DNA of 16,507 nucleotides from Amoeboradix gromovi X-113. Lineage: Eukaryota > Fungi > Sanchytriomycota. The stretch's first letter is position 1. Every line of letters starts with the position of its first letter. The notes below the pieces were generated by a model, which saw only the letters and a list, made by a program, of their open reading frames with translations, was not told the DNA's origin and ran no database searches. Below are positions 16,254 to 16,507 of the stretch, one piece after another. The stretch is from NCBI GenBank assembly GCA_018985225.1, contig JADGIF010000161.1:1-16507 (forward strand), read 5' to 3'. Both the position numbers and the translations under genes were made by a program.

Positions 16254-16507
16254 TATGAATATCATACTTCAAAGAACTGTAGTGCCTGTGAGAATGAAAT
16301 AGATAAGAGTAATGATGTTAGTATAACATTAAATGACACTAGAAGTACTGTCTAAGAAAATGCACCTTTTGCTTAGATGCTCACAGACCTCATATATTTG
16401 AAAGAGATGTAGGGTCTTCTAGTTTTATTTTAAAAAGAGGAATGCAATTAATGAAAGAGTCTTTGTATAATAGAAGAAGATCTTTTATTAATGATAGTAT
16501 TGCCTCT
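16254..16507 (+). pseudogene. Frameshifted Fanzor/TnpB C-terminus (family A, second copy)
   Basis: YEYHTSKNCSACENEIDKSNDVSITLN, then a net 4-nt deletion, then KYCLRKCTFCLDAHRPHIFERDVGSSSFILKRG. Confidence 0.78.
16299..16495 (+). repeat. Diverged direct repeat of positions 1-198
   Basis: Hand alignment gives about 18 substitutions, one net 4-nt deletion and one 3-nt insertion over ~198 nt. Confidence 0.97.

Noticed and set aside
1-16507. Circular element or assembly overlap suggested by matching window ends
   Set aside because: The copies differ by about 18 substitutions and two indels, so they are paralogous repeats rather than an exact terminal overlap; the interior is ordinary housekeeping genes.

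Overview
AT-rich, very gene-dense eukaryotic DNA with a fungal-type gene set. An early-diverging fungus or close relative with a compacted genome (e.g. sanchytrid-like) is a guess only. The standard genetic code fits. The core (902-15770) holds 13 protein genes and a tRNA-Pro(TGG): kinesin-1, PHS1/HACD, an unknown 334-aa protein, mitochondrial uS5, an SPxK/acidic protein, a GPI-anchored protein, CK1 (Yck/Cki type), a Prs5-like PRPP synthetase, eEF1B-alpha, a MetR/CYS3-like bZIP, an unknown membrane protein, SRP54 and Rna15/CstF-64. Three things are not shown by the ORF track. (1) Both ends carry remnants of two different Fanzor/TnpB (eukaryotic OMEGA RNA-guided nuclease) families, including a ~200-bp diverged direct repeat shared by the two window ends, with candidate omega-RNA hairpins and a possible further decayed copy or 'ghost' locus at 6.8-7.5 kb. 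(2) Two ultra-short GT-AG introns (19 and 21 nt) are needed to rebuild PRS and CK1. (3) The poly(A) signal is fused to or abuts the stop codon (TAATAAA in 6 of 13 genes). All family calls come from motif recognition by eye; no searches were run.
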